From the NCBI GenBank assembly GCA_965140445.1, contig OZ223236.1, forward strand, positions 1,344,001 through 1,408,000: a stretch of 64,000 nucleotides of DNA, written 5' to 3'. A program made the translations under genes and the position numbers. The DNA is from Candidatus Ozemobacteraceae bacterium (GTDB lineage: Bacteria > Muiribacteriota > Ozemobacteria > Ozemobacterales > Ozemobacteraceae). Below the pieces are notes generated by a model, which saw nothing but the letters and a program-made list of their open reading frames with translations, searched no databases and was not told the DNA's origin. Positions within the stretch are counted from its first letter, which is position 1, and each line of letters starts with the position of its first letter. Below, piece by piece: positions 10,163-18,861 of the stretch.

Positions 10163-11443
10163 ATGGATTTTTTCAGATTGCGTTTGGCCTGTTTGTTTAT
10201 TTTCGTGGGGTTTCTTGTCCCATGTTTTTCACAGAATGGTGGATTGCCAGTGGCAGGAGATATTACTCCTGGAGATGTTATAACTCCATTTAACGCTAAA
10301 CCTGTTCCAATAGATCTGGCCTTAAAGCGACGGGCACATTTTTTTGAAAAATCTTCTCGAAATCTGATTCTTTTCCTGGGTGCTGGGATTGCAGATGAAT
10401 CTGCTGCTTTATATCACCTGGTTAATGATAAGAGAAGAGCTGCTGCTCTTATGGAGTCTTCTGAAATAGTTCTTTCTTCCTGGCCTTGTATTTTTGGAAA
10501 TAAAAAAAATGGGCTTTTTGATCAGTTTAAGGCCAGCGGCAAATCTCTAGGTTTGGTAACCGACACTTGTCTTGAGCTTCCTTCCTTCCTGTATCCGGAT
10601 ATTGAACCTAAAAGAGCTGATATCGGTGCTTTTGATATTGTTTTTACCGGAGGCACAAAGCGTCTGGAAGAAAAAGATAAGGCCTGGAAAGATAATATAG
10701 AGAAAATGGGTTTTTCTGTTTCTCAAAGTTTTTCTGAGTTAAATCACCATTTTTCACGGAAAGCCAAAAAGATTTTTGGTGCTTTTGGAGAATTGAATAT
10801 GCCCACTCTTGATGGAAGAGAAGGAGAAATCCCTGCTTTTTCAGAATTGATGGCCGCATCTCTAAGCCGTCTTTCTTCAAACAAAGAAGGGTTTATTTTA
10901 ATCATTAATTTTAAAGGCGTAGAAAGGGCAAGGAATTCAAGCGATTTTGCTACTATGATTGACCAGATTAAGAGACAGGAAAGACTTCTGAGCAATCTTC
11001 TGTCCTACGTTACTGGTAGAAACGATACAACTCTTATGGTAGTGGCTAAGCCTGAAAATGGACATTGGCAGATTGATAAAAAAATCTTTTCCCCCGAAAA
11101 GTTGCGTGGAGAGATCGTTTCTGTGAGGCAAGTTGTCTCTGATATGCTTCAGAAACCAGATAATGCTGAAGAGCTGTTTAAAAAAATCGGATTTAAAGAA
11201 TCTTTTTCAACCTCAGAGATAAAAAAGCTTTGCGAATGGAAATGTAAAGATGAGCTGGAAAAATTAATAGCTGATAAAATCAATTCTCAGATTGGCTTGA
11301 GATATTTAGTAGAATTTGAAAATGGCTATCAAAAAGGATTTCACTCGTTTATTAGTGGAGCAGGATCTGCAATGTTTCATGGAATTTCTGATTTTGAAAG
11401 TTTCTCAAACAAAGTTGAAAGAATTATTGGCACTCTTAAATAG
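10163..11443 (+). CDS. Exported alkaline-phosphatase-fold protein with metal ligands lost (likely pseudoenzyme)
   Basis: NLILFLGAGI, GKSLGLVT, DIVFTGG, PAFSELMAASLSRLSSNKEGFILII and DTTLMVVA follow PhoA motifs in order; signal peptide; GGAGG SD. Confidence 0.75.
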   Translation: MDFFRLRLACLFIFVGFLVPCFSQNGGLPVAGDITPGDVITPFNAKPVPIDLALKRRAHFFEKSSRNLILFLGAGIADESAALYHLVNDKRRAAALMESSEIVLSSWPCIFGNKKNGLFDQFKASGKSLGLVTDTCLELPSFLYPDIEPKRADIGAFDIVFTGGTKRLEEKDKAWKDNIEKMGFSVSQSFSELNHHFSRKAKKIFGAFGELNMPTLDGREGEIPAFSELMAASLSRLSSNKEGFILIINFKGVERARNSSDFATMIDQIKRQERLLSNLLSYVTGRNDTTLMVVAKPENGHWQIDKKIFSPEKLRGEIVSVRQVVSDMLQKPDNAEELFKKIGFKESFSTSEIKKLCEWKCKDELEKLIADKINSQIGLRYLVEFENGYQKGFHSFISGAGSAMFHGISDFESFSNKVERIIGTLK

Positions 11444-11449
11444 AGTCGA

Positions 11450-13363
11450 ATGGAGTTTTATATGTTTGTTTACCTGTTTCATCCAGAACTAGAAAGTGGT
11501 AAAAAAGCTGTATCGCTAAACACCGTTCCAGAAACACTAAAAAACGTGATGCAGGGTTGTTTTCGCAGCAGTTATTTTTTCGAAGCTGAAGTCGGAGAAA
11601 ATTTTGCATCAGAGGCGTTTGCCGGAAAAATCCCATTAATTGGTAGCTTTAATCTGACCTTTTGCATTAGAAAGGCAAAAGATATTCTTCTTGAAGGCTG
11701 CGAATATCCTGATTTAAATATTCAGTTGCAAGTTGGCGGCCGTGTTCTGCCAGAGCTTCCATCACGAAAAGACATAGAAAAAGCGCTTAATCAGGAAGAT
11801 ACAATAATTCTTGTTAACGATTCTCCTTTTAAGCCCGAAACAGAGGTTTTTGGCTTTCAAAAGGTTTATGATGATTCAGTAAAGTGCATTGAAATCCTGA
11901 AAAAAATGGGAATTCCCCAAGAAACAATGGCTTTATATGCCACTCCAGAAGAAATCAGTGTTGAAGTTCATCCTGGTGTGATGGGGCTTGCCGGCGATCC
12001 ATTTGCCTGGAAAAAATATCATAACCTTCTTTGTTATGTTGCTGGTGTTAAAAATGTTTCAGGAAAACTCCACAAGGGTGATATTAAGACAATTGTTGTT
12101 CAATCATCTTTACCGGATTATCAGGTTTTGTTGCCTGGGAGCACACATCCGCTTCTTCATCGACCAAAGGTTGGAGTTGGAGCTTCTCACTTTGCCTATG
12201 GAACGGCAGCTTTTTCAGATTTTTGTGGTAAAAAACGTTCTGTTGAAGAATGTCTGCAAGAAACTTTCAACTGGATGAAGTTTGTTCAAACACAGATTCC
12301 GCCAATTGCAGGCATGAAAGAAAAAATTGAAGCTCTTTCTGAGATGCCTATCCCTGGCGTTTCTTCTGGAAAATCTTCTGCCGGTTCTGCTCGTGGTGCA
12401 ATTGATTCTGGTGGATTTCAGCCTTTAGGTGAAGTTCTTGTAGCAAATCAGGAAAGCTTTTTAAAGGGGCCTGAGTGTTTAACTTTCGGCTATAATTCAT
12501 TGGAAAAGGCCATCGGTGGTGGGTGGCAAAAGAGTGGTGTCCATTTAATCGTTGGAAACAGGGAGAATGGGAAAGCTACTTTCTTGAGTTCGCTGGCTTT
12601 AAAGGCTGTTGAAATTGGCTCTGTGCTTTATTTGTCGTTGGAGCACAGTCAACATGAGTTTTTGACTCGCATGGTAGTCAATATGAACCGAGTGAACCGA
12701 ATGGATTTGCTAGGGCAAATAGCCATGAAAGATGAGACTGGTGTGGCTGCCAGGAAAACTCTGGCTCGAATGGTTGGAAATCTCGCTGCAAAGCTTGGCT
12801 CAGCTTTTTTCTATAGAGGAAGTGATAGTGGAATCGATTCAATGGATGTTGATGAGATTTCTCAATTCATTGGAATGCTTCCTGAGAGCGACAGTAAAAC
12901 CTTGTTTATAGATTCAATCCCGTCCTCAATTTTTTGTGGAGAGGGCCAGGAAAGATTAACGCAATTAAAGCAACTGGCAGTATCTCAGGATATTACGATT
13001 TTTCTTTCAGTCCATGAAAGCTACGAAGAATCTAAAAAACCTCATTATATTGAACAGTCTGATTGTGTTTTGCTTGAGAAGTATCAAGGTTTTGTTGATA
13101 ACCTTATAGTTCTTGGAACAGAAAAAGTTAATCTTAGAAAATTTGTGGCCATGATGAAAGGGCAAATTGATCCTCAGTTAGTTGGAAAATTGGAGCAGAT
13201 GGCTTTACAGGCGGCAGGTGGGAAAAGACTGAAATCTGACTCTTATAGTCTTTTTAAGGTAATTCATACACGTTCTGGTCGCCGTGAAGTAGTGTTGTAT
13301 TTGTATCAACAAGATTTTTCGAGATTTTTTGAATTGGGTGCCATTCAAATTGGTCGAAACTGA
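11450..13363 (+). CDS. Degenerate AEP primase-polymerase-like domain fused to a DnaB/RecA-like ATPase
   Basis: C-terminal half: LTFGYNSLEKAIGGG, GNRENGKA (Walker A), VLYLSLE, LFIDS, LKQLA, VIHTRSG; N-terminal half follows the AEP motif order. Confidence 0.65.
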   Translation: MEFYMFVYLFHPELESGKKAVSLNTVPETLKNVMQGCFRSSYFFEAEVGENFASEAFAGKIPLIGSFNLTFCIRKAKDILLEGCEYPDLNIQLQVGGRVLPELPSRKDIEKALNQEDTIILVNDSPFKPETEVFGFQKVYDDSVKCIEILKKMGIPQETMALYATPEEISVEVHPGVMGLAGDPFAWKKYHNLLCYVAGVKNVSGKLHKGDIKTIVVQSSLPDYQVLLPGSTHPLLHRPKVGVGASHFAYGTAAFSDFCGKKRSVEECLQETFNWMKFVQTQIPPIAGMKEKIEALSEMPIPGVSSGKSSAGSARGAIDSGGFQPLGEVLVANQESFLKGPECLTFGYNSLEKAIGGGWQKSGVHLIVGNRENGKATFLSSLALKAVEIGSVLYLSLEHSQHEFLTRMVVNMNRVNRMDLLGQIAMKDETGVAARKTLARMVGNLAAKLGSAFFYRGSDSGIDSMDVDEISQFIGMLPESDSKTLFIDSIPSSIFCGEGQERLTQLKQLAVSQDITIFLSVHESYEESKKPHYIEQSDCVLLEKYQGFVDNLIVLGTEKVNLRKFVAMMKGQIDPQLVGKLEQMALQAAGGKRLKSDSYSLFKVIHTRSGRREVVLYLYQQDFSRFFELGAIQIGRN

Positions 13364-13364
13364 T

Positions 13365-13664
13365 ATGCCTGATTGTATTTCTTGCAAATTCACTGTTTCT
13401 GGAAGGGTTCAGGGGGTTGGATTCAGAAGGTTTGTTCAAAAACTTGGATTGAAATACGGATTATCCGGAACCGTTAAAAATAACTTTGATGGCACGGTAT
13501 ACGTTACAGCCAAAGGGAGATCAAAAGATATTGATCTCTTTCTCTCAGATGTAGAGAAAGGCTCTTTTTTTTCTAGAGTAGATGAACTTTTAATTGATGA
13601 AAAGAACTCTGTTGAAACATCAAATAGTTACCCTGTTGAAGGGGGATTTGAAATCAGATATTAA
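13365..13664 (+). CDS. acyP: Acylphosphatase
   Basis: VSGRVQGVGFR and GTVKNNFDGTV motifs; ATG at 13365, 1 nt after the upstream stop. Confidence 0.92.
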   Translation: MPDCISCKFTVSGRVQGVGFRRFVQKLGLKYGLSGTVKNNFDGTVYVTAKGRSKDIDLFLSDVEKGSFFSRVDELLIDEKNSVETSNSYPVEGGFEIRY

Positions 13665-13672
13665 AAATACCA

Positions 13673-13936
13673 TCAATTAAGGAACGTTCTGGCGCCTATT
13701 TTATCCAAAGATTTTTTTACAGCTTCTTTTACTCTGAAATCAGGGTCATCCTGATGCAGCAAGAGTAGCCTGACAGCTTCTGAAGTTGCAACTTCTCCGA
13801 GCTTTACTGCGGCTTTTCGTCTAATAGCAGGGTCCGAAGATTTTAAATCTTTGGCACACTTTTCCTCTTCAGCGTTTCCCATGCAACCAAGTAGCAGAGT
13901 TGTTGCCATTAATAAAGCCAAAAAGATTTTTCTCAT
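13673..13936 (-). CDS. Small HEAT-repeat lipoprotein
   Basis: Lipobox LLGC; LKSSDPAIRRKAAVKLG and DDPDFRVKEAVKKSL HEAT repeats; GAGGGA SD before ATG 13936. Confidence 0.75.
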   Translation of the reverse strand: MRKIFLALLMATTLLLGCMGNAEEEKCAKDLKSSDPAIRRKAAVKLGEVATSEAVRLLLLHQDDPDFRVKEAVKKSLDKIGARTFLN

Positions 13937-14110
13937 TTTATCCCTCAAATCTAAAAATTAGCATAGTTTTATGAAAATAAAGTTTAATGTGCTTTTCCCA
14001 GTGTAGCACAAATTTAATTGTACCAATTAGAGATTGAAACATTGCTTTAATTGACGAGCAAAAAGAATAGTTGAAGTAAGACAGATCAACAGTTAGAAAG
14101 TAATCCTCTA

Positions 14111-14203
14111 TTACATTGTTAAGTAAACTGATGCTATAGCAACTATGATTACAAGCAAAACAATTGCATAGAACAAAACGTCATTTAAGCTTTTGCCGTT
14201 CAT
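14111..14203 (-). CDS. 30-aa single-pass membrane peptide (not in the ORF track)
   Basis: MNGKSLNDVLFYAIVLLVIIVAIASVYLTM*; GGGGA SD; candidate promoter at 14261-14290. Confidence 0.5.
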   Translation of the reverse strand: MNGKSLNDVLFYAIVLLVIIVAIASVYLTM

Positions 14204-14260
14204 TTTTATCCCCGATTTTTTTTGGTATCCCCACCAAAATCTATAAATCTATTTGCGGAA

Positions 14261-14290
14261 ATCATACACTATTCATTAGGAATTCGTCAA
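14261..14290 (-). promoter_or_regulatory. Sigma70-type promoter upstream of the small ORF
   Basis: TTGACG-N18-TATGAT. Confidence 0.55.
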
Positions 14291-14352
14291 ACGAGATCAG
14301 CTATCCCCCTGTGTTTTTGTGAAGTTGGTAAAAATGAATTTTTTGGCTTGAT

Positions 14353-15033
14353 TTATTTTGGGGCATCCATAATAGAGTATTCAACCTTTTCTGCTTTACC
14401 CTGTTTAATTAAAAGGTCGGAAAATTCCTCTAGCAGTAGTTCAAGCTCGTCTACGGGAGTTATATTGGCAGATGTGTAAACAAACCCAACTACATTTTTT
14501 GCGTCTTCAAAAATTTTTGTTGCTTGCGAGTCTTTTACCGGGCTCCCATAAGCTCCTTTCAATGGATTTTGGTCGGCGACCAATATCAGATTTCTTAAAG
14601 TTAAAAGCTGTCCCTCTCTGTTAAAAATATAATTTTCGTCGGGGAGGCCTGTTCTGATACACAGCTCAATTCCCGTTTTATCCTGGTCCAGGACGCTAAT
14701 TGGCAGATGGGATTTCAGGGAAAGGTGGTTGTTTATATCTACAATATTATTAATGCTATTAAACTGCTTGCGGTTTATCAGGTCTTTTACTAAAAACTCT
14801 GATGCAGGCCTACTTCTTCCTGATGGATGGAAACCAAACGTTTTCAGTAAACTTCGAATTCCTTTACGAATATGGTCTGGATACTGAAAATCGTCCTTTA
14901 GAATATGGGCGATTTCTTGCTCAACTGAGGCTTTGTAGTAGGCGTCGGTGAGACCTACGCTAACGTTACTTGCTTCTATTAGTCCAATTCTTAGCTGACT
15001 TGGTGGTAGTGAAAAAATTAAGTTCGTCTTCAT
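14353..15033 (-). CDS. Stand-alone B3/B4 (PheRS-beta editing-like) domain protein
   Basis: PSGRSRPASEFL, INNIVDINNHLSL, LPISVLD, ILVAD, GSPVKDS motifs. Confidence 0.85.
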   Translation of the reverse strand: MKTNLIFSLPPSQLRIGLIEASNVSVGLTDAYYKASVEQEIAHILKDDFQYPDHIRKGIRSLLKTFGFHPSGRSRPASEFLVKDLINRKQFNSINNIVDINNHLSLKSHLPISVLDQDKTGIELCIRTGLPDENYIFNREGQLLTLRNLILVADQNPLKGAYGSPVKDSQATKIFEDAKNVVGFVYTSANITPVDELELLLEEFSDLLIKQGKAEKVEYSIMDAPK

Positions 15034-15093
15034 TTCATTTTCCGATACTGTGAATTTTACGATATTTACAAAAGGAGGCTAATCTGTTTTTTA

Positions 15094-16473
15094 TCAAGCA
15101 CTGACAAGATTTTGGTTGGGAATTTCCTCAAGAATTCTCTGGCAAATGGAATTGATGTCTCGAGCCCCCATAACCAGAACTATGTCTCCATTTTCGGCCC
15201 GCTTTGATATGTCCTGAATAATTTTCTCCCTATCGCCTAGATAGAAAGCATTTTTAAAGCTGCGGTTTACTTCTTCAATTATGTCTTTTGAACTCACCGA
15301 TTTATCAACAGTGCCTCCAGCGTAGAAAATATCATCAAGATATAGGAATTCGTCTGGTTGAAGGCTGCCAAAAACCCTTACAAGGTCGCCTCTGGTAAAG
15401 GAGGTTGGGCCATATCCATGTGGCTGATAAACAAGGTATCTTTTTTTGGATGATTTTCTTGCGGTATTAATTGCCGCTTCTATTTCCGCAGGATTATGCG
15501 CAAAGTCATCAATAACAGTTACTCCAGAAGAAACTCCGATTTTCTCAAATCTTCTTTTCATACCAGGAAAAGCTTTTAATGCTGCCTTAATGTCGGTAAT
15601 TGTTACTCCAGCTTTTTCTGCCGCTGCAATTGCTGCAACTGTGTTTAAAACATTGTGATGGCCGGGCAGCTTTATTTCAAAATCTTCTCCGTTCATTGAA
15701 AAAGTGGCTTTTTCATTGTTGATGATTATGTTTTCAGCTCTATAATCACAATCTGGAGAAATTCCATAGGTTTTTATTTCTATGTCCAATTCATTTTTTA
15801 GAGAAACCGAGTTGGGATCGTCGCCGCAGGCAAGCCTTAGTCCGCTTAGTGAAGTATTTTCAAAAAAAGTTTTGAATAATGATTTTAAATCTTCTAAAGG
15901 CTTATGGTCTCTTGAAATGTTTGTGACAACAGAAACGTAAGGGCGATACTTGACTATCGAGCCATCAGACTCATCGGCCTCTATTACAAAATCAGGACCT
16001 TTGCCTCTGAAGGCATTTGTGTTTAAGCCGGCAATTATTCCGCCTACCGCACAGGAAGGTTCTTTGCCTGAAAATTTAAGAATCCATGCCAGAAGGCCAG
16101 TTGTCGTTGTTTTGCCTGCTGTTCCACCTATAGCAAGTCCTCGTTTTTCATTAAACATTGAGGCCAACAAATCAGAACGCATTATCTGTTTGATATTCAA
16201 TCTATTTGCAGTAACTACGTCTGGAACTGTATCTTCGACGGCAGTAGATTTTACAATGAAGAAATCTGCCGCAGTTAATCCGGAGTCCGCCATAAATTTT
16301 TCGGGGCCTTTGCCATCTTGGGCGTATAGCTTTACACCGAGCTCTGACAGTCTTTTACAGTAATCGCCTTCAAGGTTTCTATCAGAGCCTGCTACTTTAA
16401 AGCCTGAATTATGTAGGATCTTGGCCAGGCCACTCATGCCCATGCCGCCGATTCCAATGAAAAAAGCATTCAT
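15094..16473 (-). CDS. murC: UDP-N-acetylmuramate--L-alanine ligase
   Basis: FIGIGGMGMSGLA, GTAGKTTTT, EADESDGS, GMKRRFE, DDFAHNP, YQPH. Confidence 0.9.
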   Translation of the reverse strand: MNAFFIGIGGMGMSGLAKILHNSGFKVAGSDRNLEGDYCKRLSELGVKLYAQDGKGPEKFMADSGLTAADFFIVKSTAVEDTVPDVVTANRLNIKQIMRSDLLASMFNEKRGLAIGGTAGKTTTTGLLAWILKFSGKEPSCAVGGIIAGLNTNAFRGKGPDFVIEADESDGSIVKYRPYVSVVTNISRDHKPLEDLKSLFKTFFENTSLSGLRLACGDDPNSVSLKNELDIEIKTYGISPDCDYRAENIIINNEKATFSMNGEDFEIKLPGHHNVLNTVAAIAAAEKAGVTITDIKAALKAFPGMKRRFEKIGVSSGVTVIDDFAHNPAEIEAAINTARKSSKKRYLVYQPHGYGPTSFTRGDLVRVFGSLQPDEFLYLDDIFYAGGTVDKSVSSKDIIEEVNRSFKNAFYLGDREKIIQDISKRAENGDIVLVMGARDINSICQRILEEIPNQNLVSA

Positions 16474-16493
16474 TGATGTGCCTCCGGTTGTAC

Positions 16494-16521
16494 AAATAAA
16501 GAGGGAGCAAAAGCTCCCGTC
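16494..16521 (-). terminator. Intrinsic terminator after the FN3 lipoprotein gene
   Basis: GGGAGC-tttt-GCTCCC followed by TCTTTATTT on the minus strand. Confidence 0.6.
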
Positions 16522-16555
16522 TTCATATTTTATTTATTAATGTTTATCTATTTTA

Positions 16556-17194
16556 TCAGGGTTCGGTTGTAAATACAAAATCTCTTGAAAGACTTGTTGA
16601 AGAGTCCAGGTTATATCTGCTTGCACCTATTCTAAAATGATATTGAGTGTTGGGCAGTAAGTTAAACAATTGAACCCGGTGTCTTGTTTTTAGCCCTTCT
16701 TCTGCATAGGCTGAGTAGCCATAAATTTCATTTGTCCCGTATTCCACATAACCGTCTGAAGGAAGATCGGTTTCCCACTCGATTACAGCAGAAGTGTCAT
16801 ACAATAGGGGAACTGAAACAGAAATTGCTTGAGGTATTGGGACCATCTCTGAATTAACAACGGTTACAGAAAGGTTATCTTCAATCTGTATTGAGTCATT
16901 GATTAGAGTTAATTTTCCGTCTATTGTTTGAAGATAAATTTTGTAATTCCCACTGGGTAATTGAGCGTGAAAGTCCCCAGTTTCACTTATTGGAATTTCT
17001 TTGCTGAAAGTTTCACTTTTGGCTACTAATACAGATCCTTCAGCATAGTTGATTGTTCCTACAATTGAACCGTTTCCAGGTGTGGAACTGGTTTTCTGAC
17101 TTAAGCAGCCTTGCAAAGCCAGAACGAATATCAACGCGAAAATTATCGTAATTTTATTTCTGATTTCTGGAAAAATTAAGTTTTTAAGAGTCAT
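16556..17194 (-). CDS. Lipoprotein with Ig-like and fibronectin type III domains
   Basis: LQGC lipobox-like site; SAVIEWETD..SDGYVEYGT...HRVQLFNLLPNTQYHFRI FN3 pattern. Confidence 0.75.
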   Translation of the reverse strand: MTLKNLIFPEIRNKITIIFALIFVLALQGCLSQKTSSTPGNGSIVGTINYAEGSVLVAKSETFSKEIPISETGDFHAQLPSGNYKIYLQTIDGKLTLINDSIQIEDNLSVTVVNSEMVPIPQAISVSVPLLYDTSAVIEWETDLPSDGYVEYGTNEIYGYSAYAEEGLKTRHRVQLFNLLPNTQYHFRIGASRYNLDSSTSLSRDFVFTTEP

Positions 17195-18861
17195 TTGAAT
17201 TGCTCTCCTGATGCTTTTACAGTTACTTTGGTGGCTGTTAGTTCACCATAACCATTTTTTTTGAACTTTATGTCGTATGTTCCTGGGGGAATGTTGTAAA
17301 AAACATATTCGCCCATGGAATTTGTTGTGGTTGTGTATTTAGTATTTCCCAGAGAAACTTGAACGCCGGATAATGGACGTTTTCCCAGTTCATCAATTAT
17401 TCGACCTTTCAGAATTCCCATTCTGAGATCTGTCGCAACTGCCATTCGTTTAAAAAGGAGGCCGCTGACCTTTGAGATAATTCTATAAAAACCATTTTCT
17501 GGCTTTATTGTCAGAACATCTGTGCCTCTGTCTTCAAATCTAAATGTCCAGTTGCTGTTAAGTGCTGAAAGTCTGTAATTAAGGTGAATTAGTATTTTGT
17601 TGTCTTTATATTCATACCTGAATGGATGAATGAAAAGTCTGATGTCTCGGTAGGTTCTCAGGGTGTCTTCAAGCATTTTTACATAGTCAAAGTAAGTGTT
17701 TCCCTGCCAGTCTCTGTAGTCTCTTGAAATATGGTCCTTTAGCCAAATTTGATCTCTTGTTTCAAAAGCTCTTGAAAACTGGCTGCAAAATTCTTTTGCC
17801 ATTCTGATTTTTGCGTTTCGATTTAAAACCGTGAACTTACTTTTAAAAATCCTGATTTTTCTGCCCAGAGAATCAGTTGAATGGACAGCAATAAAAAAGT
17901 CAGGGATTGAAGGTGGAGAAAAAACTACCTCATGATATCCATTTTGGCCTTCTCTAAAGGCATAGGCCAGGTCTTTATTTATATAAAGCTCAAAGTGATC
18001 TTCAGGGCGAGGGTAGGGGGAAATCTTTAACTGAAGGTGAATTTGTTTTAGAATGTTTCCATCACCGTTATCAATGATATAAAAGCCGTCTGGCCCTATA
18101 TCTGTGTTACTGAGAAATTTCCCGTTGATCCTTACAGAATCAACTGAATAAGAGATTTCAGAGGAAATAAATTGATGAAGATCAGCAAACCTGTTTAAGA
18201 AATTTGAAAATCTCCTGAAGCTTTCATACTCAATTTGTGGGTCAAAATTTGTTATTGGAAAGTCTTTTCCCTGGTTATCAAATTTTAAGAAGGTTGCTTC
18301 TGGGATAATAGAAGAATCTGCTGTTCCTACCATTCGAAAAGCGGCTTGCCCTTTTACGGCTTTGATAATCTCGTGATTGTCATTTGATTGCATGGATGTT
18401 TCGCCATGATTTACTACAAGGGAACCATTTTTCCCTTCAATCTCAATTAATCCAGAGTCTCTGGCGCTTAACATTAAAGTAGCTTTGTGGAGTTGAACAA
18501 CTACCTGTGGCAAGAGCTGTGGCTGAATTGCAAATCTCATGGAAGACTTTGGTTTAATAAGCATTATATTGTCAGCTGACCAGGCTACGACAGCATAGCC
18601 ATGGTTTCCTGTTCTTAAAGAATCGCCATGGGTAAATGTCTGATGAATACGGCATTTTTGCCAGATATCACCGTTATAGCTCTTAAAATAAACCGGCCCG
18701 TCACATAGTAGTAACGATAATTGTCCCGGGGTGTAACCCTGTTGAGAAATGTGGGACAGTAAAACCGGATCTTCTTTAGCCCAACTATTAGTTGTAAATA
18801 TGAAAATCGCTGAAAATATCGCAAAGATAGTTACTATTTTGTTTAACTTATTTTTAGACAT
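17191..18861 (-). CDS. Exported multidomain protein: FecR + Ig-like + NTF2/SnoaL-like + carboxypeptidase-regulatory-like
   Basis: GDSLRTG..GYAVV...IKPKS (FecR); FSRAFETRD..LKDHISRDY (NTF2-like); GILKGRIID...PLSGVQV...TTTNSMGEY.FYNIPPGTYDI. Confidence 0.7.
   Translation of the reverse strand: MSKNKLNKIVTIFAIFSAIFIFTTNSWAKEDPVLLSHISQQGYTPGQLSLLLCDGPVYFKSYNGDIWQKCRIHQTFTHGDSLRTGNHGYAVVAWSADNIMLIKPKSSMRFAIQPQLLPQVVVQLHKATLMLSARDSGLIEIEGKNGSLVVNHGETSMQSNDNHEIIKAVKGQAAFRMVGTADSSIIPEATFLKFDNQGKDFPITNFDPQIEYESFRRFSNFLNRFADLHQFISSEISYSVDSVRINGKFLSNTDIGPDGFYIIDNGDGNILKQIHLQLKISPYPRPEDHFELYINKDLAYAFREGQNGYHEVVFSPPSIPDFFIAVHSTDSLGRKIRIFKSKFTVLNRNAKIRMAKEFCSQFSRAFETRDQIWLKDHISRDYRDWQGNTYFDYVKMLEDTLRTYRDIRLFIHPFRYEYKDNKILIHLNYRLSALNSNWTFRFEDRGTDVLTIKPENGFYRIISKVSGLLFKRMAVATDLRMGILKGRIIDELGKRPLSGVQVSLGNTKYTTTTNSMGEYVFYNIPPGTYDIKFKKNGYGELTATKVTVKASGEQFK

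Noticed and set aside
11450..13363. Prophage or CRISPR-adaptation locus around the primase-helicase-like gene
   Set aside because: No integrase, phage structural genes, cas genes or repeat-spacer array seen nearby
14111..14203. Calling the small peptide an Flp pilin
   Set aside because: Lacks the G/xxxxEY motif, is too short, and no tad genes are in the window
14222..14479. 85-aa plus-strand ORF
   Set aside because: Overlaps the B3/B4 gene antisense and the minus-strand promoter; its Ser run is a shadow of the opposite frame
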